The notes under the pieces are model-generated. The model did not search any database. It saw only the letters and a program-made list of their open reading frames with translations, and was not told the DNA's origin. A stretch of DNA of 64,000 bases from Acidobacteriota bacterium (GTDB taxonomy: Bacteria; Acidobacteriota; Thermoanaerobaculia; Multivoradales; JBCCEF01): positions 320,830 through 384,829 of the forward strand of contig JBCCEF010000003.1 of the NCBI GenBank assembly GCA_039030395.1, read 5' to 3'. The position numbers and the translations under genes were made by a program. Below, in pieces: positions 1-8,225 of this stretch (its first letter is position 1; the number at the start of each line of letters is the position of its first letter).

Positions 1-112
1 GAGGAGCAGGAACAGCGAGTAGCCCTGGTCGCGGATGGCGCGCAGACGACGACTCGCCTCGGAGGAGTCCGAGATGGCCTCCGAAAGGGAGCGGCCGAAG
101 TCGCGCAGCATC
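1..112 (-). CDS. Hypothetical protein, N-terminal fragment (gene continues beyond the window start)
   Basis: The reverse-strand ATG at 110-112 is preceded by GAGGAAG (RBS-like), and an in-frame TGA stop lies upstream. It translates to MLRDFGRSLSEAISDSSEASRRLRAIRDQGYSLFLLL and stays open to position 1. I recognise no family from 37 aa. Confidence 0.3.
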
Positions 113-315
113 TTCCTCAGGGTCGGGTCCAGAGCCTCTTCTCCTTTGCCGGTGGACGGCCATCGCAATCCTTCCAGGGCCGCCCGGGGCGTTCCGCCAG
201 GTCCACTGCAAACGGTGAAAAACCGGCCCGGCGGTGCTGCATTATCGCCCCGCCCTTTCGAGGGTGTCAAACGCCCCGGGGAAGCCGCAGGCCCCCGTGC
301 TAGCCTGCCGGAGTT

Positions 316-1269
316 ATGGTATGGAGCCCTCCCTCCCGCGCCGATGTTGCCGCCTGGACAAAGCCCCTGGGCCGTCTCCAAGAGCTGCAGTCGCTGACCG
401 GCGACGTCAGTCCCCGGCGCTATTATCGGCTCTGCTTTGACCACGGCGGAGCGGCGATTCTCGCCGCCTATCCGGAGTCCCTGATGCCCGCCTTCGAGCG
501 GTTCCTGCGGACCACGGAACTGCTCGAATCGATTGCCGTGCGGGTGCCGTCGATCCTGCAACAGGCGCCCGAACGGGGCTGGATGGCGGTGGAGGATCTC
601 GGTTCCGAAACGCTATTCGATCTACCCTCGGATTGGACCCTGCTCGCGCCCTACTACCGATCCGCCCGACGCGTCCTGGAGCGGGTGGACGGCTTGCCGG
701 CGGACTTCGTCGCCTCTTTCTCGCAACCCCTCGACCGGGCCTTGCTCGAAAAAGAGCTTGAGCAAACCTGGGAGCGATTTCTGCTGCCGCGCGAGGTGGT
801 CTCCCACGGGGAAGCGGCTCGGCGTCTGGAGCGCGCCTTGAGCGACCTGTGCGGGAGTCTCGCGGAGCTGCCGCCACGGCCCTGCCACCGCGACTTCATG
901 GTACGCAATCTGGTGCCCCTGGGAGGCGGTGAGGTGGCGGTGCTCGATCACCAGGATTTGCGCCTCGGGCCGCCGCACTACGATCTCGCCTCGCTGCTCA
1001 ACGACAGCCGCTTCCCGCGGCCGGCGGAAGTCACCCTCGAGTTGCCAGCGGAGACGGTGGACTACCACCGGGCAGCGGCCCAGCGCACCTTGAAGGCGGT
1101 GGGCACCTATGCGGCCTTCGCCGACCGCGGGTTCGACCGCCACCTGCCGCTGATCGAACCGACCTACCGCCGCGCCCTGGAGCACCTGGCGAAGGTGCCG
1201 GAGACGGCGCCGGCGGTGGTGGATCTGGCGCAAAGCGAAGTCGCGGATCGGGGTGGAGCGGCCGGCTGA
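316..1269 (+). CDS. Phosphotransferase (APH/choline-kinase-like) family protein, AmgK-like
   Basis: 317 aa with an ATG start. The N-terminal motif LTGDVSPRRYYRL resembles the AmgK/APH 'gDaS.RrYfRv' box. The catalytic loop CHRDFMVRNL (HRDxxxxN) and the DHQDLRLGPPHYDLASLL (Dxxx...YDLA) motif fit the aminoglycoside-phosphotransferase fold. Confidence 0.7.
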   Translation: MVWSPPSRADVAAWTKPLGRLQELQSLTGDVSPRRYYRLCFDHGGAAILAAYPESLMPAFERFLRTTELLESIAVRVPSILQQAPERGWMAVEDLGSETLFDLPSDWTLLAPYYRSARRVLERVDGLPADFVASFSQPLDRALLEKELEQTWERFLLPREVVSHGEAARRLERALSDLCGSLAELPPRPCHRDFMVRNLVPLGGGEVAVLDHQDLRLGPPHYDLASLLNDSRFPRPAEVTLELPAETVDYHRAAAQRTLKAVGTYAAFADRGFDRHLPLIEPTYRRALEHLAKVPETAPAVVDLAQSEVADRGGAAG

Positions 1270-1346
1270 CGGCCTCTCCCGCACCCTGCTAGACTGGTAT
1301 CTCACTTCGGCCGGGACGGATCCCGGTCGATCAGAAAGGAAGAACC

Positions 1347-1529
1347 ATGGGTGGTATAGGCGTACCCGAACTGCTGGTCGTGTTGGGCATCCTGGTCTTG
1401 CTCTTTGGCGCGACGAAATTGCCCCAGATCGGCCGCGGCCTGGGCGAAGGGATCCGCAACTTCAAGACCGGCGTCCGCGAGCCGGAGTCCGACAAGATCG
1501 ACGACGGCGAATCCGTCAAGCCCCGCTGA
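1347..1529 (+). CDS. tatA: Twin-arginine translocase subunit TatA/E
   Basis: 60 aa. [42 protein letters not shown] is the canonical TatA TM helix plus amphipathic helix. AGGAAG lies 7 nt upstream of the ATG. Confidence 0.9.
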   Translation: MGGIGVPELLVVLGILVLLFGATKLPQIGRGLGEGIRNFKTGVREPESDKIDDGESVKPR

Positions 1530-1531
1530 GG

Positions 1532-1562
1532 ACCGTTCCCGGTCCTCTATTGTCTTCCGCCG
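1532..1562 (+). terminator. Putative intrinsic terminator after tatA
   Basis: A GGACCGTTCCCGGTCC hairpin sits immediately after the tatA stop and is followed by the pyrimidine/T-rich tract tctattgtcttcc. Confidence 0.35.
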
Positions 1563-1605
1563 TGCGAATGCCGCTACGGCGCTGCTTCATCCATCTCCTC
1601 GTCTT

Positions 1606-1975
1606 GTTCTAGGAGTTTTATCTCTAGCCGTCCTGAGAATTGGGACTAGATGGCTGCTAGGGAATTCGATGCGGCTTACGACCGAGCCTCGAAGGCGAGG
1701 CGGCGAAGCCGACTCGGGGGTGAGCCACGAAGTGGCGAGGGGGGCTTGCGACAGCAGGTTGCTGAAGGGCGGCTTCGCCGAGGTTTTCAGCAGCCTGCTG
1801 TCTGTTTCATTTCCAGGGGGCTAGGCGCCCCCTCGCCTGAAAAGGCAAGCCTCTTCAGGCTCACCCCATCCTCGGCAGCTCCGCTGCCGCCTCGCCTCTG
1901 GGCTCGGAGAGTTTTCTTGGAAGAGTCCGCGAAGCGCATCTTCAGCAGTCTGCTAGTTGAGAACGATTAGGTCTG
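1606..1975. repeat. Intergenic structured repeat element, copy A (long, composite)
   Basis: It contains the family modules: the gcaggttgctgaa...ttttcagcagcctgctg hairpin, ctaggcgccccctcgcctgaaaaggcaagcctcttcaggctcacccc, cctcggcagctccgctgccgcctcgcctctgggctcgg, and the terminal ttcagcagtctgctag. Copies at 8028, 18058, 28890, 29620, 34520 and 39797 share these blocks. Confidence 0.7.
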
Positions 1976-2672
1976 TGGCCCCGGTGTCGTCCCACACGCT
2001 GCGGTGGATGTCGACGTAGGTCGAGATCACCTTGGAAACATAGCGGCGGGTCTCGCGGAAGGGCGGGATGCCGCCAAACCGGCGCACGTTGCCGGGACCG
2101 GCGTTATAGGCCGCCAGGGCCAACTCCAGGTCCCCATCGTAGGTGTCGAGCAACTGCCGCAGATAGCGGGCGCCGATGTCCAGGTTGACCGCCGGATTGC
2201 TCAATTCGGTGCTGAATCCGCCGGTGGCCGGCATCACCTGCATTAGGCCGACGGCTCCCACCGGCGACACGGCGTGGGGCAGAAACCCCGATTCCACCTC
2301 GATCACCGCGGCGACCAGCAGGCTGTCCAGGTCGTAGCGCTCCGCCGCTTCGACGATCTCGCCGCCAAAGGGCACGGATTCGAGGTAGCGATGGTTGTCC
2401 TCTTTAAGGTTGTAGCTGCGGAACAGCTCGAAGGTTTCGGGGCGCTCTCGCACGGCGGCCCGGATGTCCACCGGGCTCATGGTGCCGAGGCTGCCCTCGT
2501 CGGAGTCCGTGAGCCAGAGGGCGAGTTCGTCGAGAACGGCGATCTCTTCCGGGCTCGGAATCTCCACTGACGGAGGCGTGGGCGGGGCGGAAACCCCGGT
2601 GCCGCCGGAGCTGAGAAGGAAGGCGAGGGTGGCGAAAGTCGCCAGCACGCCTTGGAGTCGTAAACAGATCAT
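1953..2672 (-). CDS. Lytic murein transglycosylase (SLT domain), secreted
   Basis: 239 aa with an N-terminal signal peptide. The SLT catalytic motif is EVESGFLPHAVSPVGAVGLMQVMP ... AAYNAGPGNV. Confidence 0.8.
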   Translation of the reverse strand: MICLRLQGVLATFATLAFLLSSGGTGVSAPPTPPSVEIPSPEEIAVLDELALWLTDSDEGSLGTMSPVDIRAAVRERPETFELFRSYNLKEDNHRYLESVPFGGEIVEAAERYDLDSLLVAAVIEVESGFLPHAVSPVGAVGLMQVMPATGGFSTELSNPAVNLDIGARYLRQLLDTYDGDLELALAAYNAGPGNVRRFGGIPPFRETRRYVSKVISTYVDIHRSVWDDTGATDLIVLN

Positions 2673-2902
2673 GGTGAATTCAGGTCCTAGTTTCGGTCGG
2701 GAACGGGGCTGGACCGGCGACGGGGTGATCGTGGCCTGTGGGTGGGGCCGGCTCAGCCTCGGTGTACTGATCCCGCCGGAGACGTATTCATCCCGGACGG
2801 GCGCCTGCCTTCTTGCGTCGTAAGAAGCAGGTTGTATGCCAACCGGCGCATCGGCCGGTGCTTTTGTTACGGCCCAGAGATTTTCTTACGACGGTACGCG
2901 GA

Positions 2903-3232
2903 TCAGCGCTTGCCCGGCGAGGACTTGGGGGGTGCGCCCTTCCCGGCCGCGTCGCGGCCGCCGCCGTTGCGTGCAGTGCTCGCTCCGATCCCCAGGTTGG
3001 AGACCTTGTTGCGCAAGGTGTTGCGGTGCACGCCGAGGCTGCGGGCCGAGCGGCAAAGGTTGCCGTTATTGGAGTTTAGGGACGCCACGATGAACTGGCG
3101 CTCAAACTCGCGGCGAGCCTGGGCGAGGGTCATCCCTCGCTTGACCAGCTCGTCGACGATCTGGGTCAGTCGGCGGTTGAGTGTCGGTTCCTTCACAGGG
3201 CTTCTTCTCGCGGCAAGGCGACAGGATAGCAC
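2903..3232 (-). CDS. Fis-family helix-turn-helix DNA-binding protein
   Basis: 109 aa with a GTG start. The TLAQARREFERQFIVASLNSNNGNLCRSARSLGVHRNTLRNKV segment matches the Fis/NtrC C-terminal HTH_8 pattern (LxxaxxxFEr.yi..aL....GN...aA..LGi.R.TL..Kl). It ends in a Lys/Gly-rich tail. Confidence 0.6.
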   Translation of the reverse strand: MLSCRLAARRSPVKEPTLNRRLTQIVDELVKRGMTLAQARREFERQFIVASLNSNNGNLCRSARSLGVHRNTLRNKVSNLGIGASTARNGGGRDAAGKGAPPKSSPGKR

Positions 3233-3299
3233 AGCGAAACGTCGCTGCGAGGGGGAAAGGGATGCCGCACCCTGACGCCCGGAGACGCCAGGATGACAC

Positions 3300-4481
3300 T
3301 CATTTCAGGGCCAGCAGATCGCCGGGATAGATGGGGTAGCGGGAGCCGATGATCTTGGCGACGGACGACCGGCTGTGGACGGAGAGCACCGCCAACTCGC
3401 CCAGCACCACCGGCGGCAGGCCTTCACTGTTGAGGCGGTAGACGGTGTAGATGTCGCCGGGTACGACATCCGCGTTCTCGCCGCGATCGATGTGGACCAC
3501 ACTGTCCTCGCCGAGGGTGATGAGGCCGTGGTCGCCGGCCAGGATCACCGGCGCACCGGCCAGAGACTCCGCCGAGGCGGGCAGGTTGACCGGCCGCAAG
3601 CCGGTGCGGCGACCGAGCGGAACGGGCTCTTCATCGAACAGCTTGAGCTGCGCGCCCACCACCACCGGTCGGCAGGTATGGACGACTTCGGCGATCGCCG
3701 TTTCGGCCTGCACGGACAACACCCGCACCTGGCCCTGGTAGTGGTACATGCGGCCGAACACGGAATTGTCCCCGGGATGCCGAATCTTCGGTCCGCTGCC
3801 GATGGCCGTGTAGACGGTGCCCGGCGTCATGTTGCCGCTGCGGCCGCCGCTCAGATAGATGATGTCACCGTTCATCATGCCGTACTTGAGGGTGTCGGTT
3901 CCGTAGAGGCCGTTGTAGCTGGCGGCGGCGGAGCCGCCGAGGTTGTCGAGACTGGGGGACAAGGCCTGAAACTCGGAGCCGATGATGGCGAAGGGGAACT
4001 GCTCGTTGAGTTCGCCGATGAAGCCGGTGCAGTAGATGTCCGATTCGCCGCCCAGCGGGCCCGGCGGGCGAGCATCCGATCCGGCCCGCAGGAAGGGATA
4101 GTCATCGTCCGGGGCTTCGTCGTCGAGGCCGGCTTGATCGAGGGACTCGACGGTGGTGACCTCGGTGGTGGTCAGCAGCGGATCGCCGGGATAGATCCAG
4201 TGTGCGTCGAGGATGTATTGGTTCTGCTCCCAGAGCTGGGGCCAGAGGTACGGGTCGCCATAGAAGCGCGCGGCCAGATCCCACAGGGTGTCGCCGCGGG
4301 CGATGATGTACACCTCGGCGTCCTCGGGCGGAGTCGGGGGATCCCAGGCGGTCCAGTGGTCCCCTACCTGGCGGAGGTTTCTGGGCGGATTGTCATGGGC
4401 CAGGACGATGCCGCTCGTCAGCACGGCGAGCACCATTGACAGTACAAGCCAACGGACGAGCCTGGTCGATTGATTCTTCAT
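3300..4481 (-). CDS. LysM domain-containing secreted protein
   Basis: The track ORF 3300..4598 is trimmed to the internal ATG (MKNQSTRLVRWLVLSMVLAVLTSGIVLA, a signal/TM segment). A LysM motif YIIARGDTLWDLAARFYGDPYLWPQLWEQNQYILDAHWIYPGDPL follows, and there is a large C-terminal domain of unknown function. Confidence 0.7.
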   Translation of the reverse strand: MKNQSTRLVRWLVLSMVLAVLTSGIVLAHDNPPRNLRQVGDHWTAWDPPTPPEDAEVYIIARGDTLWDLAARFYGDPYLWPQLWEQNQYILDAHWIYPGDPLLTTTEVTTVESLDQAGLDDEAPDDDYPFLRAGSDARPPGPLGGESDIYCTGFIGELNEQFPFAIIGSEFQALSPSLDNLGGSAAASYNGLYGTDTLKYGMMNGDIIYLSGGRSGNMTPGTVYTAIGSGPKIRHPGDNSVFGRMYHYQGQVRVLSVQAETAIAEVVHTCRPVVVGAQLKLFDEEPVPLGRRTGLRPVNLPASAESLAGAPVILAGDHGLITLGEDSVVHIDRGENADVVPGDIYTVYRLNSEGLPPVVLGELAVLSVHSRSSVAKIIGSRYPIYPGDLLALK

Positions 4482-4689
4482 GGCAAGCGAACCCCCCGAA
4501 CACGACACTGCGTGTGTAAGCCTATAGCGAGATCCCAATGCACGGTATCTCGCTGTGCCGTGCAGTGTCAAGAACTTAGCCGGCAAAACTTCAAGCACTA
4601 CTTTAACCTATCGCCTGGGCTGAGGCGAATCCTGGACTTCGGTTCGGCGAGCGAACGATCTGCTATTCCAGCAGACCGCTATCGAGCTC

Positions 4690-4830
4690 GAAGAGCGAGG
4701 CGGCGGGCTGGGCACCCCGCGGGAGCCGCCGGGGATGGGGGTGAGCCCCTGCGCGGGCCGCAAGAGAATGACACTTCTTGCAGCGAGGGGGCGGTCCCGC
4801 GTCCAGGCGTCGAGCCCCCCTAAAAGCCTA
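4690..4830. repeat. Degenerate/partial copy of the intergenic repeat family
   Basis: It shares cgaggcggc...gggggtgagcccctgcgcgggccgc blocks with the reverse complement of copy B (8095-8175). Match is partial only. Confidence 0.3.
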
Positions 4831-4831
4831 A

Positions 4832-5701
4832 CTACGGCAGTTTGGCGATTCGCTCCTCGGCTACTGCGGAGGCGGCGCTCGAAGGAAAGCGGCGGACGAT
4901 CTCGCGGTACGACGCCCGGGCGCCGTCCGAGTCGCCGAGGAGCTCTAGGCACTGGCCGGCCTTGAGCAGCGCGTCGGGTACCTTGTTGCCTTGCGGGTAG
5001 CGCTCCACGGTTTCGCGAAAGGCCGCCAGCGCTCCGCGCGTATCGCCGCGCGCAAAGCGCGCTTCGCCGATCCAGTACTGGGCGTTGTCTGCCAGGTTGG
5101 TATTGCCGCTCTCCTGCAGGAAGCGCCGGAAGCGTGACTCGGCGTCGATGTAGTTGCCCTGGTGGTACTGGGCGTAGCCCTCATCATAGAGATCCTGGGC
5201 GGAGGCCGAGGGAGTCGTCGTGGTCGCGCCCACGGTGGGCGGCTCCAGGTTCGATGGGGCGGCGGCGGCCGGCAGCGGCGGGCGTGGATCCGCATCGCGG
5301 CTCGGAATGTCGACCACCGGCAAATCCTCGTCCGCCAGGTTTTCCTCTTCCACCTCGCCACCGCTGTCGCTGCGGGCGGCGATGCGGTCTTCTAGCCGAG
5401 GTTCCTCCAGCGGGCGCGGATTCGAAGAGGTCGGGTCGGCGGGTCGGCGCGCCGCCCCGGCGGTCGCTCCGCCGGCGATCAGCGCTTCCAAAGCCCGCAC
5501 CTGCTGCCGCAGGCGATCCATCTCGAGCTCACCCATCACCGCCTGCCGCTGCAACTCCACCACCCGCGCCTTGAGTTCGGCGACATCGTCGGCGGTGGTG
5601 TTCTCCGGAGCGGAGGAACCCCGTCCGGTAGCGCAACCGAGGCTGATGGCCAGCAGAGCGATCAGGAGGGTGCCGAGGAGCCGCTGCGCGGAGCGGGTCA
5701 C
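4832..5701 (-). CDS. TPR-repeat lipoprotein, YbgF/CpoB-like (coiled-coil plus TPR)
   Basis: GTG start whose codon overlaps the bamD stop (GTGA). The lipobox is LLAISLGC. The N-terminal coiled coil (ELKARVVELQRQAVMGELEMDRLRQQVRALEAL) is followed by a C-terminal TPR region (YDEGYAQYHQGNYIDAESRFRRFLQ...AQYWIGEARFARGD...ALLKAGQCLELLGD), as in CpoB/YbgF. Confidence 0.6.
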   Translation of the reverse strand: MTRSAQRLLGTLLIALLAISLGCATGRGSSAPENTTADDVAELKARVVELQRQAVMGELEMDRLRQQVRALEALIAGGATAGAARRPADPTSSNPRPLEEPRLEDRIAARSDSGGEVEEENLADEDLPVVDIPSRDADPRPPLPAAAAPSNLEPPTVGATTTTPSASAQDLYDEGYAQYHQGNYIDAESRFRRFLQESGNTNLADNAQYWIGEARFARGDTRGALAAFRETVERYPQGNKVPDALLKAGQCLELLGDSDGARASYREIVRRFPSSAASAVAEERIAKLP

Positions 5702-6552
5702 GAGTCCGATTCCTCAGAGGATGGCCCTTCGTCTTCCGCGTTGCCGGGACTTTCCGCGCCGTTCTCGGCGGTGGCGCTCTCGACCGGTGGTGCTTCTACC
5801 GGCGGGATGTCCGCGATCCAGGGGCTCTCCGGGTGCTCGGTGCGCAAGCGATCGAACACCTCGATGGCCTTGATCTTGTCTTGCGGACGAAGGCTTCGGT
5901 TGTAGGTCAGGCCTAGGTGGTAGAGCACCTTGTCGCGCTCCGAATAGTTCGGATAGCTCGCCAGGAGACCTTCGAAGCGCTGGATCGCGGCGATCAGCAC
6001 GGGGCGCCGCCGATAGTAGTCACCGACCACAAACTCGTGCTCCGCCAGGTTGTCGAGCACCTTGTTGATCTGCTCTCGGGCCTCGGCCGTGTAGTCGCTC
6101 GTCGGGTACAAGCGGATCAGCTCGCGGAAGGCCTGGAGGGCTTTCTCGGTGGCCGTTTGGTCGCGGTCCGGTTTCTCCATCCGCTCGGCCAAACTGTTGG
6201 CGATCTGGTACTGCGCGTAGGCGGCCAGATTGCTGGTCGGAAAGCGGTTCAAGAAGTCGCGGTACTTGGCCTCCGCCTGGATGTAGTTGATGGCGCCGCC
6301 GTCCAGGTAGTAGCTATCCGCCAGTAGGAGGAGCGCTTCGCGTCCGGAGAGGGAGTTGGGCTCCACTTCGAAGGCGTGGGACAGATGTCGCCGGGCGCGG
6401 GCAAACTTTTCGTCGGCCATCAGGGTCTTGCCTTCGTCGAGGGCTTCCTGAGCGGACAGGCGGAGGATCGGGTCTTCCCGAACGGCGCTGCGGCAGCCGA
6501 GGGGCGAAAGGCTGACGAGGACCAGGATCGAGAACAGGATCTTGCGGTTCAT
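5698..6552 (-). CDS. bamD: Outer membrane protein assembly factor BamD
   Basis: 284 aa. The lipobox is LSPLGC. The TPR-like BamD/YfiO signature is present (ALDEGKTLMADEKFARARRHLSHAFEVEP...LLLADSYYLDG...YAQYQIANSL...YHLGLTY). The C-terminal tail is acidic. Confidence 0.85.
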   Translation of the reverse strand: MNRKILFSILVLVSLSPLGCRSAVREDPILRLSAQEALDEGKTLMADEKFARARRHLSHAFEVEPNSLSGREALLLLADSYYLDGGAINYIQAEAKYRDFLNRFPTSNLAAYAQYQIANSLAERMEKPDRDQTATEKALQAFRELIRLYPTSDYTAEAREQINKVLDNLAEHEFVVGDYYRRRPVLIAAIQRFEGLLASYPNYSERDKVLYHLGLTYNRSLRPQDKIKAIEVFDRLRTEHPESPWIADIPPVEAPPVESATAENGAESPGNAEDEGPSSEESDS

Positions 6553-7202
6553 GAGATCTCCGAAAGGGAGCGCTGGCGCAGCTCCGCGATGGCGGCGACG
6601 GGATCGTCGGCGCCGAAGACGGCGGAGCCGGCGATCGCGATGTCCACGCCCGCCGCCCGCGCCGGTCCAATGGTGTCACGGTCGATGCCGCCGTCCATGG
6701 CGATGTCCAGGGAGTCCCCGGCGAGATCGCGCAGGCGGCGGGTCTTGTCGAGAGCTCGTGGGATGAAGCTCTGGCCGCCGAAGCCCGGATTGACGGACAT
6801 CAGCAGTACGAAGTCGAGATCGTCGAGGACGTCTGCGAGTACCTCCACCGGAGTAGCCGGATTGAGGGCGACGCCGGCCGCCGCGTGACCGCGGCGGATG
6901 CGGTCGAGAACCCGGTGCAGATGGGTGCAGGCCTCCCAGTGGACGGCCACCATGTCCGATCCGGCGGCCAGGTACTCGTCGAGCAACCGGCCCGGTGAGT
7001 CCACCATCAGGTGGACGTCGAGGGGCAGTTCGGTGCGTTCCTTGAGCGCCGCGATCACCGGGATGCCGAAGGTCAGGTTGGGTACGAAGTGGCCGTCCAT
7101 CACGTCCACGTGGATCAGCTCCGCGCCGCCGCGTTCACAGATGTCGACGGCACCGACGAGATTCGCCAGGTCGGAGGCGAGGAGTGAAGGGGCGAGCTTC
7201 AT
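6549..7202 (-). CDS. rpe: Ribulose-phosphate 3-epimerase
   Basis: 217 aa. Canonical Rpe motifs are present: PSLLASD, HVDVMDGHFVPN, SVNPGFGGQSF and GAVFGADDP. Confidence 0.9.
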   Translation of the reverse strand: MKLAPSLLASDLANLVGAVDICERGGAELIHVDVMDGHFVPNLTFGIPVIAALKERTELPLDVHLMVDSPGRLLDEYLAAGSDMVAVHWEACTHLHRVLDRIRRGHAAAGVALNPATPVEVLADVLDDLDFVLLMSVNPGFGGQSFIPRALDKTRRLRDLAGDSLDIAMDGGIDRDTIGPARAAGVDIAIAGSAVFGADDPVAAIAELRQRSLSEIS

Positions 7203-7232
7203 GGGTGAGTCCTCAGGGTCATGCGATCGATG

Positions 7233-7985
7233 TCAACCGGTGCGGGGAGGGGAGGCGACCACCAGGGAGATCGCTTCGCGACGCGTCAATGGGTGCCCGG
7301 CAAGCGGATATTGGCGCAAGATGGTGCCCTCTTCGACCCCTTCGTAGGGTTCGTACTTGATCCCGCCGAGGCGGAAATCGCGGGCTTCGAAGAACGGCCG
7401 CACCTGTCGGTAGTTGCGGTAGACCAGATCCGGCATGATGTAGCGCTCGCCGGGCGCTCCCATGGAGAGCAACACATCGACCTCGCTGCCCGGAGCCACC
7501 ACCCGCTCCGCCAGCGGCGATTGCTGAACGATGGTGCCCGGCTCCATCCCCGGTTCGTAGACCCTGAGGGAGCGGCCGAGGGTGAGGCCCGCCGTCGCCA
7601 GGGCCACCTGCGCCGACTGCAGCGATTGGCCCCGCAGGCTCGGCACCGCCGTCTGCTGCGGCCCGAGGGACATCACCATCTGCACCGTGCTGCCGCGCTT
7701 GACCAGGGTGCGGGCGCGGGGCGTTTGTTCCACGACGTGGTCCTCGGCGATCTGCGCGTCGAAGCGCGCCGCATCCTCCCGGAACTGGGGGGTCAATCCC
7801 TGATCCGAGAGGCGTTCGAGGGCCTCGTGCCGAGACAGCCCCACCAGGTCCGGCGCCGCGGTGGCGCCGCTCCTCACGAAGGCGTTGAAGGACAGGTAGG
7901 CGGCGAGCAGAAAAACCCCCGCCAGGGCGCCAAAATAGGCGAGGCGGCGAAAGATCTTGAGGGCCTTGGCGGCGACCGGCGACAT
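7233..7985 (-). CDS. Membrane-anchored PASTA-domain protein (three PASTA repeats, no catalytic domain)
   Basis: 250 aa. An N-terminal TM segment (AYFGALAGVFLLAAYLSF) is followed by three ~65-aa repeats of the PASTA pattern (PDLVGLSRHEALERLSDQGL; PSLRGQSLQSAQVALATAGLTLG; PDLVYRNYRQVRPFFEARDFRLG). Confidence 0.7.
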   Translation of the reverse strand: MSPVAAKALKIFRRLAYFGALAGVFLLAAYLSFNAFVRSGATAAPDLVGLSRHEALERLSDQGLTPQFREDAARFDAQIAEDHVVEQTPRARTLVKRGSTVQMVMSLGPQQTAVPSLRGQSLQSAQVALATAGLTLGRSLRVYEPGMEPGTIVQQSPLAERVVAPGSEVDVLLSMGAPGERYIMPDLVYRNYRQVRPFFEARDFRLGGIKYEPYEGVEEGTILRQYPLAGHPLTRREAISLVVASPPRTG

Positions 7986-8027
7986 CCGGTAACTCTAACA
8001 GCTAGCTGCCAGCTGAGCGGGCGCTTC

Positions 8028-8215
8028 GCGCATGATTTCAGCGCGCCGCTAGCTGTTGATACCCAGGGGGCTGGGCGCCCGCCCGCGGTCCGCCCCTCGC
8101 CCGAAGAAATGAACTCTTCGCGCTCACCCCTGCGCGGGCCGCCCGTCCTCGGCAGCTTCGCTGCCGCCTCGTCCGGGGGCGCCCAGCCCTTCCGGCTCGG
8201 TCGCTAGCAGAGGGG
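8028..8215. repeat. Intergenic structured repeat element, copy B
   Basis: tgatttcagcgcgccgctag ... gggggctgggcgcccgcccgcggtccgcccctcgcccgaa ... cgctcacccc ... cctcggcagcttcgctgccgcctcg ... gggggcgcccagccc ... cgctagcag. The same module order occurs in copies A and E. Confidence 0.65.
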
Positions 8216-8225
8216 TTGAAGGACG

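Noticed and set aside
35-440. Track ORFs 35..397 and 234..440 (+)
   Set aside because: They overlap the partial minus-strand gene and the phosphotransferase start with Arg/Ser-rich nonsense translations. There is no RBS.
3375-4439. Track ORF 3375..4439 (+), 354 aa
   Set aside because: It is antisense to the LysM-domain gene. It has no motifs, and the LysM frame is the coding one.
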